From assembly GCA_902526175.1 (NCBI GenBank), contig CABZJY010000001.1, forward strand, positions 66,682-130,681: 64,000 bases of DNA, read 5' to 3'. The notes below the pieces were generated by a model. It saw only the letters and a program-made list of their open reading frames with translations, had not been told where the DNA came from and ran no database searches. The position numbers and the translations under genes were made by a program. This DNA is from an uncultured Alphaproteobacteria bacterium (lineage in GTDB: Bacteria; Pseudomonadota; Alphaproteobacteria; Methylaequorales; Methylaequoraceae). Below, piece by piece: positions 20,697 to 31,608 of this stretch (its first letter is position 1; every line of letters starts with the position of its first letter).

Positions 20697-21661
20697 TTAT
20701 ATTTTTTAAAAAAAGTTATTGTATTTAATGTTACTGTTTTAACAGTTAATGTCTTCATTAAATTTACTGTATTTTTATGTGAAAAATTTTCTTTATTCAT
20801 TAATGTTTCAGGAGTTTCCGGTGTTGATAAGGCTAAAATTTTTTCTCCCCAAGGATGGTATTGATATTTATCACTTGGACCAAATAACCCTATGGTAGGA
20901 ATACCAGTCACAGCTGCAAGATGCATTAGCCCAGAATCATTTCCTATAAATAACTTACATTCTTTTAATAAAAAATATATTTCTATTAATGACGGTAAGC
21001 CAACTAAGTTAATAATATTCTTTTTTTTCGAATTTAACTTAATAAAATTCCCTGTTTCTAACTCATTTTTTGAACCTAATAAAATAAAATTGTAATTTTT
21101 AAAATTATGATTGGACTGAAGATTTTTTAATAACAACAAAAAATTTTCTTTTGGCCATTGCTTAGCGTTCCAATTTGCTCCAGGAGCAATAGCTACAATA
21201 TTTTTAGAATGAGATAAATATTTATTTAAAATTTCTTCTTTCTCTACTTTATAATTTAGGTCTAAATTCGGTGGAATTAATTTTTCTCCAAAAAATTTTG
21301 ACAGCAAAGCTACTTTATGGACTTTTTTTTCTTTATATTTCTTGGTATGAAGAGGGTTTATAATCCTTTTTTTTGAAAAAAGAAAAAAAGATATACCTGT
21401 CCCTCTCAAATCTAGAATTATATCCCAAAATTCCAAAACAACTTTTTTCCATAAAAAAAACCAATGTAAGGAAAATTTCAATTTTTTAATAACAATAACT
21501 TTGTCAATATTACTACAATATTTAAACAATAAAGATGGTAACTCTCCACAGGCAAATGTAATTTCAGTTTTTTTATATTTGGATCTAAAGTAATTGATTA
21601 AACCTGATGTCAGAATTGAGTCTCCAAGTCTATTTGAAGATATTATGAGAATTTTTTTCAT
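20693..21661 (-). CDS. Glycosyltransferase family 9 (LPS heptosyltransferase-like)
   Basis: KILIISSNRLGDSILT and GNDSGLMHLAAVTGIPTIGLFGPS motifs. Confidence 0.75.
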   Translation of the reverse strand: MKKILIISSNRLGDSILTSGLINYFRSKYKKTEITFACGELPSLLFKYCSNIDKVIVIKKLKFSLHWFFLWKKVVLEFWDIILDLRGTGISFFLFSKKRIINPLHTKKYKEKKVHKVALLSKFFGEKLIPPNLDLNYKVEKEEILNKYLSHSKNIVAIAPGANWNAKQWPKENFLLLLKNLQSNHNFKNYNFILLGSKNELETGNFIKLNSKKKNIINLVGLPSLIEIYFLLKECKLFIGNDSGLMHLAAVTGIPTIGLFGPSDKYQYHPWGEKILALSTPETPETLMNKENFSHKNTVNLMKTLTVKTVTLNTITFFKKYK

Positions 21662-21704
21662 AATTTAAATTATAAGATATAATGATTAAAAAAGAATTAC
21701 ATTC

Positions 21705-22580
21705 ATGCTACCAGAAAATAAATACCATCTTTGTTTAAACAAATCTATTCTAAAAATAAGTGGATCAGATAGGTTTAAATTTTTACAAGGAATGGTTTCA
21801 AATGATTTGACAATTCTTAAAAAAGACAATTCTATTTATTGTGCATTTTTAACACCTCAAGGAAAATTTTTATATGATTTTTATATTACCAATCATAAAA
21901 ATTTTTATTATTTGGAATGTTTAAAAAAAAATGAAGACGAAATAATTAACAAATTTCAGCTGTATAAATTACGCGCTGAAGTCAATTTTAATAAAATGCA
22001 GGATATGGTTAGTATACTTGTTAACAATAATTTGCAAATAAAATTTGATCAAAATAGGATAGAAGGTTTTTTTTACTTTCCTGATCCAAGAAATAATAAG
22101 TTTTTTTTAAAAGGTTTCTGCCAAAAATCTTCAATAAAATCTTTACAAAAAGAATTTGGATTATCTAAAATTGATCAAAATTTCTATGAAAAAATTAGAA
22201 TTAGCAATACTATTCCTGAAGCTGAAAAAGACATTAAAGTAGGTAAAACATTATTACTTGAAGCAAGGTTTGATAAATTAAATGGAATTAGTTGGAAAAA
22301 AGGCTGTTACATTGGTCAAGAGGTGACTGCAATTACAAATTATAGAGGTAAACTAAAAAAGCAAATATATGGAGTAAAAATTGAAGGAAAAATTTCATCA
22401 AATGAAATTACTTACAATGGAAAAAATATTGGTATTCTTACTAGCCATATGGATGATTATGGAATTGCGCTACTAAATATAAAAGAAACTGAAAATTGTA
22501 TTAACCAAACACAAAATCTTAAATCCAATGAAGCTTTGTTAAATCCTTTTAATCCAAAATGGGTTAATGACTCAAATTAA
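21705..22580 (+). CDS. ygfZ: Folate-binding YgfZ/GcvT-like protein
   Basis: KKGCYIGQEV signature; 291 aa. Confidence 0.65.
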   Translation: MLPENKYHLCLNKSILKISGSDRFKFLQGMVSNDLTILKKDNSIYCAFLTPQGKFLYDFYITNHKNFYYLECLKKNEDEIINKFQLYKLRAEVNFNKMQDMVSILVNNNLQIKFDQNRIEGFFYFPDPRNNKFFLKGFCQKSSIKSLQKEFGLSKIDQNFYEKIRISNTIPEAEKDIKVGKTLLLEARFDKLNGISWKKGCYIGQEVTAITNYRGKLKKQIYGVKIEGKISSNEITYNGKNIGILTSHMDDYGIALLNIKETENCINQTQNLKSNEALLNPFNPKWVNDSN

Positions 22581-23477
22581 ATCAACTTTTATTTTATTTA
22601 CAATTTTGTAATAAAATTTGTACGGCTGTGAATTAAAAACCAACATTTCCTTTACAAGTTTAAATCCAAATTCACCAATCTTTTCTTTAATTTTCTTTTC
22701 AATCCATAATTTGTCTTGATAATATCTTTTTTTTTTTAAAATATTATTATCTACGAGCCATTTCCATCTCTTTTGTAAAATAGCATACAGTTCCTTAATA
22801 CCAATTTGGCTTTCAGCTGAAACACTCATAATTTCAATAGGCCAATCATATAAACTATTTAAATATTTACTGCTACTTTTTAAGTCAGATAAAGTATTAT
22901 TTGATAACTCCATTAAATCACTCTTTGTAACACAAATAATATCAGGAATTTCAATTATACCAGATTTCATAAATTGCAGTGTATCACCACTACCAGGTTG
23001 AACACAAAATATTATTGAATCTGCAACATCCTCAATACTTATTTCTGATTGTCCTACACCTACTGTTTCGACTATTAAAATATCAAAAAAAGATCTCATT
23101 ACTGATATACATGGATATGTCATTTCTGATATACCACCAAGGGAATCTTTAGCTGCTAAAGAACGTATAAAAATATTATAGTCTTTTGGATCTACTGAAA
23201 ATCTTGCTCGATCGCCTAATAAAGCCCCGCCTGATTTCCTGGAACTTGGGTCAACAGCTATAACTCCGACTGAAAAGTTATCACGCCGTATTATTTTGAT
23301 AAGTGCATTTATTAATGATGATTTTCCTACTCCAGGTGGTCCTGTTATTCCAATTACATGGGCCTTAGCCTTGGCATGGTATTTATCTAATAGATTATTG
23401 ATTTTTGGTGTATCTTTATTAATTTCAATTGATTCTAAAATTTTTGAAAGCTCAACTTTTTTCTTTAAAGAATTCAT
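22572..23477 (-). CDS. meaB: MeaB/ArgK-type G3E GTPase (methylmalonyl-CoA mutase accessory protein)
   Basis: GITGPPGVGKSSLI P-loop, GGALLGDR, VETVGVGQSE and VTKSD motifs. Confidence 0.75.
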   Translation of the reverse strand: MNSLKKKVELSKILESIEINKDTPKINNLLDKYHAKAKAHVIGITGPPGVGKSSLINALIKIIRRDNFSVGVIAVDPSSRKSGGALLGDRARFSVDPKDYNIFIRSLAAKDSLGGISEMTYPCISVMRSFFDILIVETVGVGQSEISIEDVADSIIFCVQPGSGDTLQFMKSGIIEIPDIICVTKSDLMELSNNTLSDLKSSSKYLNSLYDWPIEIMSVSAESQIGIKELYAILQKRWKWLVDNNILKKKRYYQDKLWIEKKIKEKIGEFGFKLVKEMLVFNSQPYKFYYKIVNKIKVDLI

Positions 23478-25579
23478 TTGGTATTTAAAATTTTTGAAAA
23501 GTTACATATTTCCTGAAATATCTTTTTACACATTAACAAAATATTTAACCTATTGTCTTTTAATTTTTTATCAGAAGAATTGACTTGAACCTTATCAAAG
23601 AAATTATCAATAAGAGAAGAAAAATTATTCAATAAAATTAAATTTTCTGAGAACTCTGAAATATTTTTTTCCTTTTGATTCATTAATAAATTTTTCATTT
23701 CAAGTATTCTGTTAAACAGAACCATTTCTTCTTTTTTTTTAATTAGACTTTTATTAATACTAGCATTTTGTGGTGTTTCAATTAATATCGAATTTATTCT
23801 TTTGTATGCCTTTAAAAAATTTTGTGAATCTTTTTGTGAGAGATAATCTTCTAGTTTTTTTACTTTTTGAAAAATATAATAAGGTCTTAGTTCATCTTTG
23901 GTATCAAGTATTGAATAAATTTTTTCCTGGGAAAATTTATCTTTTAGATAGTAGACTAATCTTTGACTAAAATATTCATTTATCTCGGATTTTTTTGATT
24001 CGGTGATATTTAGGGCATTTAAATTTTTATTAACAAGATTTTTATTCAAATTATTTTTCTGATGTAAATATACTTCTTCAGCAAAGCTGATAATTCTATT
24101 TAAATCAATATCAAGTTTATTTTCAATAATAATTCTTATTAATCCAAATGCAGATCGTCTTAGGGCAAATGGGTCTTTCGATCCAGTTGGTTTCTTACCA
24201 ATTAAAAATATTCCCACTAAATGATCAATTTTGTCAGCAATTGATAAACAAATAGATAATGGTTCTTTTGGGCACTTGTCGTTTAAAGTATTTGGAAGAT
24301 ATTGCTCTCTAATTGCTAAACATACTTCTTTACTTGATTTATTTAATTCTAACAAGTGCGATCCAACATCACCTTGGAGTTCTGGAAATTCTTGTACAAG
24401 ATTCGATACTAGATCTGCTTTTGCGTACTTGATTTCATTAAATTTTAACTCTCCATTATTATTTATTAATATTTTACTGTATAGAAATTTTGCTATAAAT
24501 TTACAAAGATTATTTATTCTCTCAGATTTTTGTCTTAAATTTCCTAGGCCTTCAAAATATTTAAGACCTCCTAACTTATTGTAATATTGCTCTAAACCAA
24601 TTTTAATATCTGAATTTAAAAAATAAATTGTATCTAAAAATCTTGAATTAAGAACTTTTTCAAAGTCTTTTTTAATTATATTATTTTCTTTTTTATTTGA
24701 AATATAACCAAAAATATTTTCTATTTTATTTTGATTATTATTTTTTTTTTTAAAAGAAAAATAATTTTGTTTTCCTGATATCACTGCAATTAGAAAATTG
24801 GTAGGAAGTTTTAAATAAGATTTTTCAAAACATCCTATATGTAAACTTGGGAATTCAACACTATTGATTGTAGATTCGTCAAAAATGATTTCATAATTCT
24901 GAGCTTTATATCTTGTGAGCAATTTATCAATTCTTTTCCTTCTTATTTCTTCTTTCAAAACAACATAATTTTCTTCCAGTTTATCTTCATATTCTTTAAA
25001 AGAATTACACTTAAGTTTTGTATTTCCGTATTGATAATTACCATAAAAGTAATTTGAGGATTCAATACCTTCAAAATTAATCGAAATATTTTCTTTATTA
25101 AAAATACAAAAAACATGTTTGATTGGTCGAATCCATCTTATTTTCCGAGATACCCATACCATTGATTTACTCCATCTAATACTGGACAAAATCTCAGGAA
25201 TACCAATCTCTAAAATTTCTTTTATAGGAGTTTTAGGAAGAATTTTTTCAAAAAAAAAATATTCTTTGGTATTTATTATTTTTTTTTTTAAAAGAGAAAT
25301 ATCTGAAATTTTTTTTGACTTTAAAAAACCATCGATTGCATTTTGATTAGCGGATGTAATTGGTCCTCTGACGAGCTCTCTTGATTCCAGGGTATTTATT
25401 GGGAGTCCGTTTATAACAATTACAAATCTTCTAGCAGTAGCAAAGGCATTTATTTCATTATAGTTTATTTTTTTTTCATTAAAAAAAGTTATAAATGCAT
25501 CTTTAATTTTTTCTTTACCTTCGTGCTGAAAGTGAGGGGGTATTTCCTCACCATAAATTTCCAATAATAGTTCAGTCAT
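23474..25579 (-). CDS. glyS: Glycine--tRNA ligase beta subunit
   Basis: MTELLLEIYGEEIPP N-terminus; follows glyQ directly. I place the start at the internal Met, which abuts the glyQ stop. Confidence 0.85.
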   Translation of the reverse strand: MTELLLEIYGEEIPPHFQHEGKEKIKDAFITFFNEKKINYNEINAFATARRFVIVINGLPINTLESRELVRGPITSANQNAIDGFLKSKKISDISLLKKKIINTKEYFFFEKILPKTPIKEILEIGIPEILSSIRWSKSMVWVSRKIRWIRPIKHVFCIFNKENISINFEGIESSNYFYGNYQYGNTKLKCNSFKEYEDKLEENYVVLKEEIRRKRIDKLLTRYKAQNYEIIFDESTINSVEFPSLHIGCFEKSYLKLPTNFLIAVISGKQNYFSFKKKNNNQNKIENIFGYISNKKENNIIKKDFEKVLNSRFLDTIYFLNSDIKIGLEQYYNKLGGLKYFEGLGNLRQKSERINNLCKFIAKFLYSKILINNNGELKFNEIKYAKADLVSNLVQEFPELQGDVGSHLLELNKSSKEVCLAIREQYLPNTLNDKCPKEPLSICLSIADKIDHLVGIFLIGKKPTGSKDPFALRRSAFGLIRIIIENKLDIDLNRIISFAEEVYLHQKNNLNKNLVNKNLNALNITESKKSEINEYFSQRLVYYLKDKFSQEKIYSILDTKDELRPYYIFQKVKKLEDYLSQKDSQNFLKAYKRINSILIETPQNASINKSLIKKKEEMVLFNRILEMKNLLMNQKEKNISEFSENLILLNNFSSLIDNFFDKVQVNSSDKKLKDNRLNILLMCKKIFQEICNFSKILNTK

Positions 25580-26451
25580 TTTTTGAGACTCTCTAAATAT
25601 AGCTGACAACATCTTTTAAAAAAACTTCTTATTTCTAGAATATCAGATTGCCTTTTTGAAACTGATATTTCACCACCAGCATCTCTCTGATTAAAAAAAT
25701 GTGTGTATCTGAGACACTCTTCATAAGCGGGATATAATAATTTTTGATCTAATAATTGAGTAATATTTTTTTTATATGCATTTTCTGCTTCAAATAAAAA
25801 ATTACTATAATCCTCCTTTTGATTACCTACCCATTCATATTCAAAATTATATTTTGAAAATTCTTTTTCATTATTTAAATAAAGATCACCATATGTGACT
25901 CCTTGATTATTCCAAATAATATCGTACAAACTGTCAATATTTTGAATAAAAGTGGCAATTCTTTCTAGTCCATATGTGAATTCTACACTTACTGGATTAC
26001 AATCATATCCACCCATTTGTTGAAAATAAGTAAATTGACTTATCTCAGTACCATTACATTGTACTTCCCAACCAAGACCTGCAGCTCCTAATGTTGGACT
26101 TTCCCAATTATCTTCTAGGAATTTGATATCATGTTTATGAAAATCAATTGATATATTCTTTAAGCTATCCAAAAAAAGATCTTGAGCATTTTTGGGTGAT
26201 GGCTTAATTAAAACCTGAAATTGAAAATAGTGTTGGAGTCTATTTGGATTCTCGCCATACCTTCCATCCGTTGGCCTTCTACAAGGTTGTAAATATGCAA
26301 CCTTCCATGGATCTGGTCCAAGAGACTTTAGAGAAGTAGCTGGATGAAATGTAGCAGCACCCATATTCAGATCGTAAGGTTGAAGGAGAATGCAACCTTG
26401 CTGAGACCAAAAATTTTGTAGCTTGAAAATTAACTCTTGGAAAGTAAGCAT
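25576..26451 (-). CDS. glyQ: Glycine--tRNA ligase alpha subunit
   Basis: MLTFQELIFKLQNFWSQQGC, PCRRPTDGRYGENPNRLQHYFQFQV and YGLERIA are near-canonical. Confidence 0.95.
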   Translation of the reverse strand: MLTFQELIFKLQNFWSQQGCILLQPYDLNMGAATFHPATSLKSLGPDPWKVAYLQPCRRPTDGRYGENPNRLQHYFQFQVLIKPSPKNAQDLFLDSLKNISIDFHKHDIKFLEDNWESPTLGAAGLGWEVQCNGTEISQFTYFQQMGGYDCNPVSVEFTYGLERIATFIQNIDSLYDIIWNNQGVTYGDLYLNNEKEFSKYNFEYEWVGNQKEDYSNFLFEAENAYKKNITQLLDQKLLYPAYEECLRYTHFFNQRDAGGEISVSKRQSDILEIRSFFKRCCQLYLESLKK

Positions 26452-26557
26452 AAAATATGTTTTAATTCACTATTGAAAATTTCAAATTATAAATAAATAT
26501 ACATAATATCTCTTAAGTTTTAAACATTATATAATCTTTGTTACAATTCTTTTTACT

Positions 26558-27574
26558 ATGCAAAAAATCGAAATATTTTCCTCTAATAAAAAAAAAATAG
26601 ATTTTTGGGATAAAATGCTCACCTGGTTGAAGGATGACTTTGCAAAGGTTAATAATGTAATTATGGACAACATGAATAGTAGTGTACCTCTTATTTCTCA
26701 ACTAGCTGGATACATTATTTCCTCTGGTGGAAAAAGAATAAGACCTCTGCTTACATTATCTACTTCTAAACTTTGTCAATATAATGGAACCCGACATGTT
26801 AATCTTGCTGCTTGTATTGAATTTATTCATACTGCAACACTTCTTCACGACGATGTGGTTGATGAAAGTAAAAAAAGAAGGGGGAAAACCAGTGCTAATA
26901 ATGTTTGGAATAATAAATCTTCCATTTTAGTTGGTGATTTTTTATTGAGTAAAGCATTTAGACTTATGATTAAAGATGGATCAAATCAATGTCTCGAAAT
27001 AATTTCTAAAGCATCAGTTGAGATTTCTCAAGGAGAAGTTCTTCAACTTGAATCTTGTAATCAAATTGATACTTCAGAATCTAATTACTTAAAAATTATT
27101 GAAGCTAAAACCGCTTCATTATTTTGTGCGGCATGCACAGTTAGCGGGATAATATCAAAAATTGATAACTGTAAACAACAAGCATTAAATGATTTCGGAA
27201 AAAATATTGGAATGGCTTTTCAAATAACCGATGATACACTCGATTATTGTTCAAACGATTTAGTTTTAGGTAAAAATACTGGAGACGATTTTAGAGAGGG
27301 AAAAGTTTCACTTCCTATAATTTTAGCATATAAGAGATCTAACAAAAAAGAAAAAGAATTTTGGACTAGAACAATAAATAATCAGGATCAAAATTGTACT
27401 GACTTTATTATAGCTAAAGAGATTCTTCAAAAATATAATGTTATTGAAGATTGTTTTCTTAAAGCACAACATTATTCTTTGATTGCAAAAGATTCTCTGA
27501 GCCCATTTGAAAATAATTCTGATAAAGAAAAACTTTTAGAAATGTGTGAAGTAATAGTGAAAAGAAAGAGTTAA
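26558..27574 (+). CDS. ispB: Polyprenyl diphosphate synthase (octaprenyl-type)
   Basis: LLHDDVVDES (first DDxxD) and FQITDDTLD (second) motifs. Confidence 0.8.
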   Translation: MQKIEIFSSNKKKIDFWDKMLTWLKDDFAKVNNVIMDNMNSSVPLISQLAGYIISSGGKRIRPLLTLSTSKLCQYNGTRHVNLAACIEFIHTATLLHDDVVDESKKRRGKTSANNVWNNKSSILVGDFLLSKAFRLMIKDGSNQCLEIISKASVEISQGEVLQLESCNQIDTSESNYLKIIEAKTASLFCAACTVSGIISKIDNCKQQALNDFGKNIGMAFQITDDTLDYCSNDLVLGKNTGDDFREGKVSLPIILAYKRSNKKEKEFWTRTINNQDQNCTDFIIAKEILQKYNVIEDCFLKAQHYSLIAKDSLSPFENNSDKEKLLEMCEVIVKRKS

Positions 27575-27766
27575 GAAATGGAACAAAAATTGCAATTTCT
27601 TTCACATGTTTAAATTTAAAGTTTTTACGCCAACTGCCTACTACACAGTAAAAATTCTAGAATTTGTTTCAAAAAAATATTTAATTATTTTTATAACTAT
27701 CTGTTTGGGTTTGTATTTCATTTAATTTATATTAAATATTATCAAAGTTAGTATAAATTTAATGTA

Positions 27767-29101
27767 ATGGAAGAATATAACCGTTTTACAAAAAGAATAA
27801 AAAGATACGCTAATCTTGGTGGTTCCGCAGGTGCATTTGCACTAAAGCTAGCAGGTACAAAATTATTCAAAGGTAGGGGTAAAGAAACAGCTGATCAATT
27901 GACTGAAATATTAGGAGGTCTTAAAGGCCCGGTAATGAAAATTGGTCAACTACTTTCAACAATACCTGACCTTCTTCCACCTGAATATGTAAATGCCTTA
28001 TCGCAACTTCAGTCGAATGCACCGCCGATGGGTTGGAATTTTGTAAAAAGAAGGATGAAATCTGAGCTGGGTATAAATTGGGAAAAAAAATTTAAAAAAT
28101 TTGAAAATGAACCCTTCGCAGCTGCCTCACTTGGACAAGTACATAAGGCTTTAAATAAAAAAGGACAAAATATTGCGTGTAAACTCCAATATCCTGATAT
28201 GGAATCTATTGTTGAAGCTGATATAAACCAACTCAAGCTAGTTTTTAAAATTTATCGACAAATAGATGCAAGCATTGACACTTCAAATATTTTAAAAGAA
28301 TTATCTTATAGAGTTAGAGAAGAATTAGATTATGAAAGAGAGAGGAAAAACCTTTTAGTTTATTCTAAAATTTTTGAGAATCATAAAGAAGTTAGAGTAC
28401 CAAAAGTGTTTGATAGTTTGTCTACAAAAAAGTTACTTTCAATGGAATGGTTGAAAGGAAAAAAATTAATGGTGTTTAAAGATAACCCTCCAAGAATAAG
28501 AAATAAAATAGCCTTAAATATGTTTAAGGCTTGGTATTATCCATTTTACAATTATGGTATCATTCACGGTGACCCTCATTTAGGTAATTATTCTGTTAGA
28601 GATGATTTTGGAATTAATTTGTTAGATTTTGGATGTATTAGAGTTTTTAAACCTTCTTTTGTAAAAGGTGTTATAGATTTGTACTTTGCAATTCTAAATA
28701 ATGATGAAGAACTAGCAGTAAATGCATATGAGACCTGGGGATTTGAAAATATAAACAAAGAATTAATTAATATTTTAAATATATGGGCTAAATTTCTCTA
28801 TTCTCCACTACTTGAAAGTAAAATTCGAAAAATGCAGGAAACCAATTCTACTGCATATGGTGCTGAGGCAGCTTCAAAAGTACATAAAGAATTAAAAAAA
28901 ATAGGTGGAGTAAAACCACCAAGAGAATTTGTTTTTATGGATAGAGCTGCTATAGGACTGGGATCAGTTTTCCTTCACTTAAATGCTGAAATTAATTGGT
29001 ATGAATTGTTTCATTCATTAATTAAAGATTTCAACGTCAAAAAAATTGAAAGTTCTCAACAAAAACTGTTAAATCAACTTGGAATTACTAAGATAAATTA
29101 A
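27767..29101 (+). CDS. ubiB: ABC1/UbiB atypical kinase family protein
   Basis: PFAAASLGQVHKA and IHGDPHLGN motifs; 444 aa. Confidence 0.7.
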   Translation: MEEYNRFTKRIKRYANLGGSAGAFALKLAGTKLFKGRGKETADQLTEILGGLKGPVMKIGQLLSTIPDLLPPEYVNALSQLQSNAPPMGWNFVKRRMKSELGINWEKKFKKFENEPFAAASLGQVHKALNKKGQNIACKLQYPDMESIVEADINQLKLVFKIYRQIDASIDTSNILKELSYRVREELDYERERKNLLVYSKIFENHKEVRVPKVFDSLSTKKLLSMEWLKGKKLMVFKDNPPRIRNKIALNMFKAWYYPFYNYGIIHGDPHLGNYSVRDDFGINLLDFGCIRVFKPSFVKGVIDLYFAILNNDEELAVNAYETWGFENINKELINILNIWAKFLYSPLLESKIRKMQETNSTAYGAEAASKVHKELKKIGGVKPPREFVFMDRAAIGLGSVFLHLNAEINWYELFHSLIKDFNVKKIESSQQKLLNQLGITKIN

Positions 29102-29654
29102 CTTTTTTCATTATCATTTCAGCTCTTGATAAACATAGATCTAAGTCTGACATAGTCTTACTCATTTCAGAACTGTTATCTTTTATCCATGTATTAAAAA
29201 CATATAAGTAAATTAGGAAAAGTGTATTAATGCTTAATTTATCCAAAATAAAGTTTTTTTTTGCTCCAGATAAATTAAAAATTGTTTGAATAAAATTGAA
29301 AATCTTCATAGAAATAAAATTTAATAACTTAGGATTTTTTCTTACCTGTTCATATATCTTTATTAGGCCATTTTTATATGGTGTCAGTTTGTCGAATCTA
29401 ATCATAATAAACTCAAACAATGTGTCTTTTGTGATTGACTTGTCTATGCTAGGATCAGAAATTTCTTTATAAACTTGATCATTTATCATTTTTATAAAAA
29501 CATCAATCATTTGGTATTCTGATATAAAATATTTTTCGATTTTGAGCATATTAATATTTAATTGCTTTGATAGTTCATTTAAAGAGAAGTTTGAAAATCC
29601 ATTAGTTTCAATATAATTAAAAACAGATTTAAATAATTTTTCTTTTTCAGTCAT
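29088..29654 (-). CDS. TetR-fold protein, possibly COQ9-like
   Basis: N-terminal HTH-like GFSNFSLNELSKQLNINMLKIEKYF, and adjacent to ubiB. The assignment is tentative. Confidence 0.4.
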   Translation of the reverse strand: MTEKEKLFKSVFNYIETNGFSNFSLNELSKQLNINMLKIEKYFISEYQMIDVFIKMINDQVYKEISDPSIDKSITKDTLFEFIMIRFDKLTPYKNGLIKIYEQVRKNPKLLNFISMKIFNFIQTIFNLSGAKKNFILDKLSINTLFLIYLYVFNTWIKDNSSEMSKTMSDLDLCLSRAEMIMKKVNLS

Positions 29655-29748
29655 AGTTGTGTTTCTTAATTAAACTTTCAAGTTGTAATTAGAATAATTA
29701 TATATAAACTTTATAACACTTAAATAAAATTTTAAAAATTGATTTTGT

Positions 29749-30270
29749 ATGAATGTATCTCTATTAGAAAAATGCATTGGTAAAATACCTGATTACCCAA
29801 AAAAAGGTATTTTATTCTACGATTTTTTACCCTTAATCTATAATAGTGATGCACTGTCGTTAGCTACGGACATGTTTGAAAATAAATTAAATAAGTATAA
29901 TTTTGATAAATTTGCTGCAATTGATGCTAGAGGTTTTTTATTTGGAGGAATACTTTGTGAGAGATTTAAAAAGGGAATAACTCTAATAAGAAAAAAAGGT
30001 AAAATTCCTGGGGAAAAAAAAATTAAGATTAATTATGAGTTAGAATATGGAACAGATTCACTAGAAATAAACCCCGATCTTTCAAAAGGAAAGTTTATTC
30101 TAGTTGATGACCTACTTGCGACTGGAGGAACAGCAAGTGCAGCTGAAAAACTAATTTGTAAAGCAGGAGGAGAAGTAGTCTGTTTTATTTCTTTAATTGA
30201 ACTTTGTTTTTTAAAAGGTAGAGACGCAATTAGTGCACCATGTGAATCTTTAATTAAATATGAAACATGA
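29749..30270 (+). CDS. apt: Adenine phosphoribosyltransferase
   Basis: FILVDDLLATGGTASAA PRPP-binding motif and the N-terminal DYPKKGILFYDF pattern. Confidence 0.9.
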   Translation: MNVSLLEKCIGKIPDYPKKGILFYDFLPLIYNSDALSLATDMFENKLNKYNFDKFAAIDARGFLFGGILCERFKKGITLIRKKGKIPGEKKIKINYELEYGTDSLEINPDLSKGKFILVDDLLATGGTASAAEKLICKAGGEVVCFISLIELCFLKGRDAISAPCESLIKYET

Positions 30271-30977
30271 CAAGAGACCACAAATTATTTTTAAATTGGT
30301 TGTTAACCTTTAGTTTAATTTTCTTTTTTTTCTATATTTTATACGACAATAATATTATCCAGCATCTTTTGTCAGCTGATAGAAGTTATATAACAACTAT
30401 TATTTTTTCTGCCTTTTTTATAATATCAATGCATTGTGGTTTTTATACATTTCTTGTATCTTGCGAATTAAATAAAGCCCACATTATAAAAAAAAATCTT
30501 CTTAAAGATGATGTTAAACTTCGACTTATTGATGATCACTTAATTTTATCTTCCAAAGGGGAAATGTCTGATGGAATAGTATCGCAGTATTTCAAGGATT
30601 TAATAAATCTAAAAAAAAAAGGAAATACTGAAAGTGCTCAAATACTGGATATATATATTAAGAAAGTGAATGCATATTTTGAATTTGGTTGGTTTAGTGC
30701 TGATATAATGCTCAAGCTTGGCTTAATTGGTACTGTTATTGGTTTTATAATTATGTTGGGCTCTTTATCTGATATAACTACTTTTGATGTATCATTACTT
30801 CAAGGCGTTTTAACTACAATGGGAAGTGGTATGGGCGTTGCCCTATACACGACACTATCAGCACTTGTAACTGGAGTATTAATTGCTCTTCAATACTTTA
30901 ATTTAGAAAATGGTTGCGAAGAATTGTTTTCAGTTTTAAATCAAGTTTCTGAAGTAAGTTTAGATAATAGTTTATAA
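30267..30977 (+). CDS. MotA/TolQ/ExbB proton-channel family protein
   Basis: MLKLGLIGTVIGFIIM and GVALYTTLSALVTGVLIAL motifs; ATGA overlap with apt. Confidence 0.65.
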   Translation: MTRDHKLFLNWLLTFSLIFFFFYILYDNNIIQHLLSADRSYITTIIFSAFFIISMHCGFYTFLVSCELNKAHIIKKNLLKDDVKLRLIDDHLILSSKGEMSDGIVSQYFKDLINLKKKGNTESAQILDIYIKKVNAYFEFGWFSADIMLKLGLIGTVIGFIIMLGSLSDITTFDVSLLQGVLTTMGSGMGVALYTTLSALVTGVLIALQYFNLENGCEELFSVLNQVSEVSLDNSL

Positions 30978-30978
30978 T

Positions 30979-31575
30979 ATGGCATATTCTGGAAGAAGAT
31001 TAAGAACTGACCCTTTTACAGACTTATTATTTAATGTTTTGTTAGCTTTTACATTACTCATGTTTTTGGCCATTATTTTTATGAACCCAATACCTAAAAC
31101 TGGAGTAATAAACCCAAAAGCAGAATATATAATTACAGTGAGTTGGGAAGATAATAGCCCTGATGATATTGATACTTATGTACAAAGTCCAAACGGAGAT
31201 CTTGTTTGGTTTAGAGGCACAGAGGCCGGGTTCGTTCATTTAGATAGAGATGACAGAGGATTATTAAATGATACAATCCTGGTCAACGGAGAAGAAATTC
31301 AAAATCCTTTGAATCAAGAAGTTGTAACACTACGTGCTGTAATACCTGGAGAATATATAGTTAATGTACATTATTATGCAACTAAAACCAAATTACCTAT
31401 TGATGTTAATGTAAAAGTTGAAAAGGTTAACCCACAACTTGAGGTAATTTACTATGGTACTGTCAACTTAGTGAATAAAGGTGAAGAAAAAACTGCAACT
31501 AGATTTAGAATTTCTCAGGACGGTCTTGTAACTGTCACGGGTAATTTATATAAAAAACTAGTACCTGATGTTTAA
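30979..31575 (+). CDS. Membrane-anchored protein with an ExbD/TolR-like N-terminal TM and an unrelated beta-rich domain
   Basis: DPFTDLLFNVLLAFTLLMFLAIIFMNP resembles the ExbD/TolR anchor. The remainder is not recognised. Confidence 0.4.
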   Translation: MAYSGRRLRTDPFTDLLFNVLLAFTLLMFLAIIFMNPIPKTGVINPKAEYIITVSWEDNSPDDIDTYVQSPNGDLVWFRGTEAGFVHLDRDDRGLLNDTILVNGEEIQNPLNQEVVTLRAVIPGEYIVNVHYYATKTKLPIDVNVKVEKVNPQLEVIYYGTVNLVNKGEEKTATRFRISQDGLVTVTGNLYKKLVPDV

Positions 31576-31608
31576 ATTAATAATGAAACAAAGGAAGGAA
31601 AATAAATA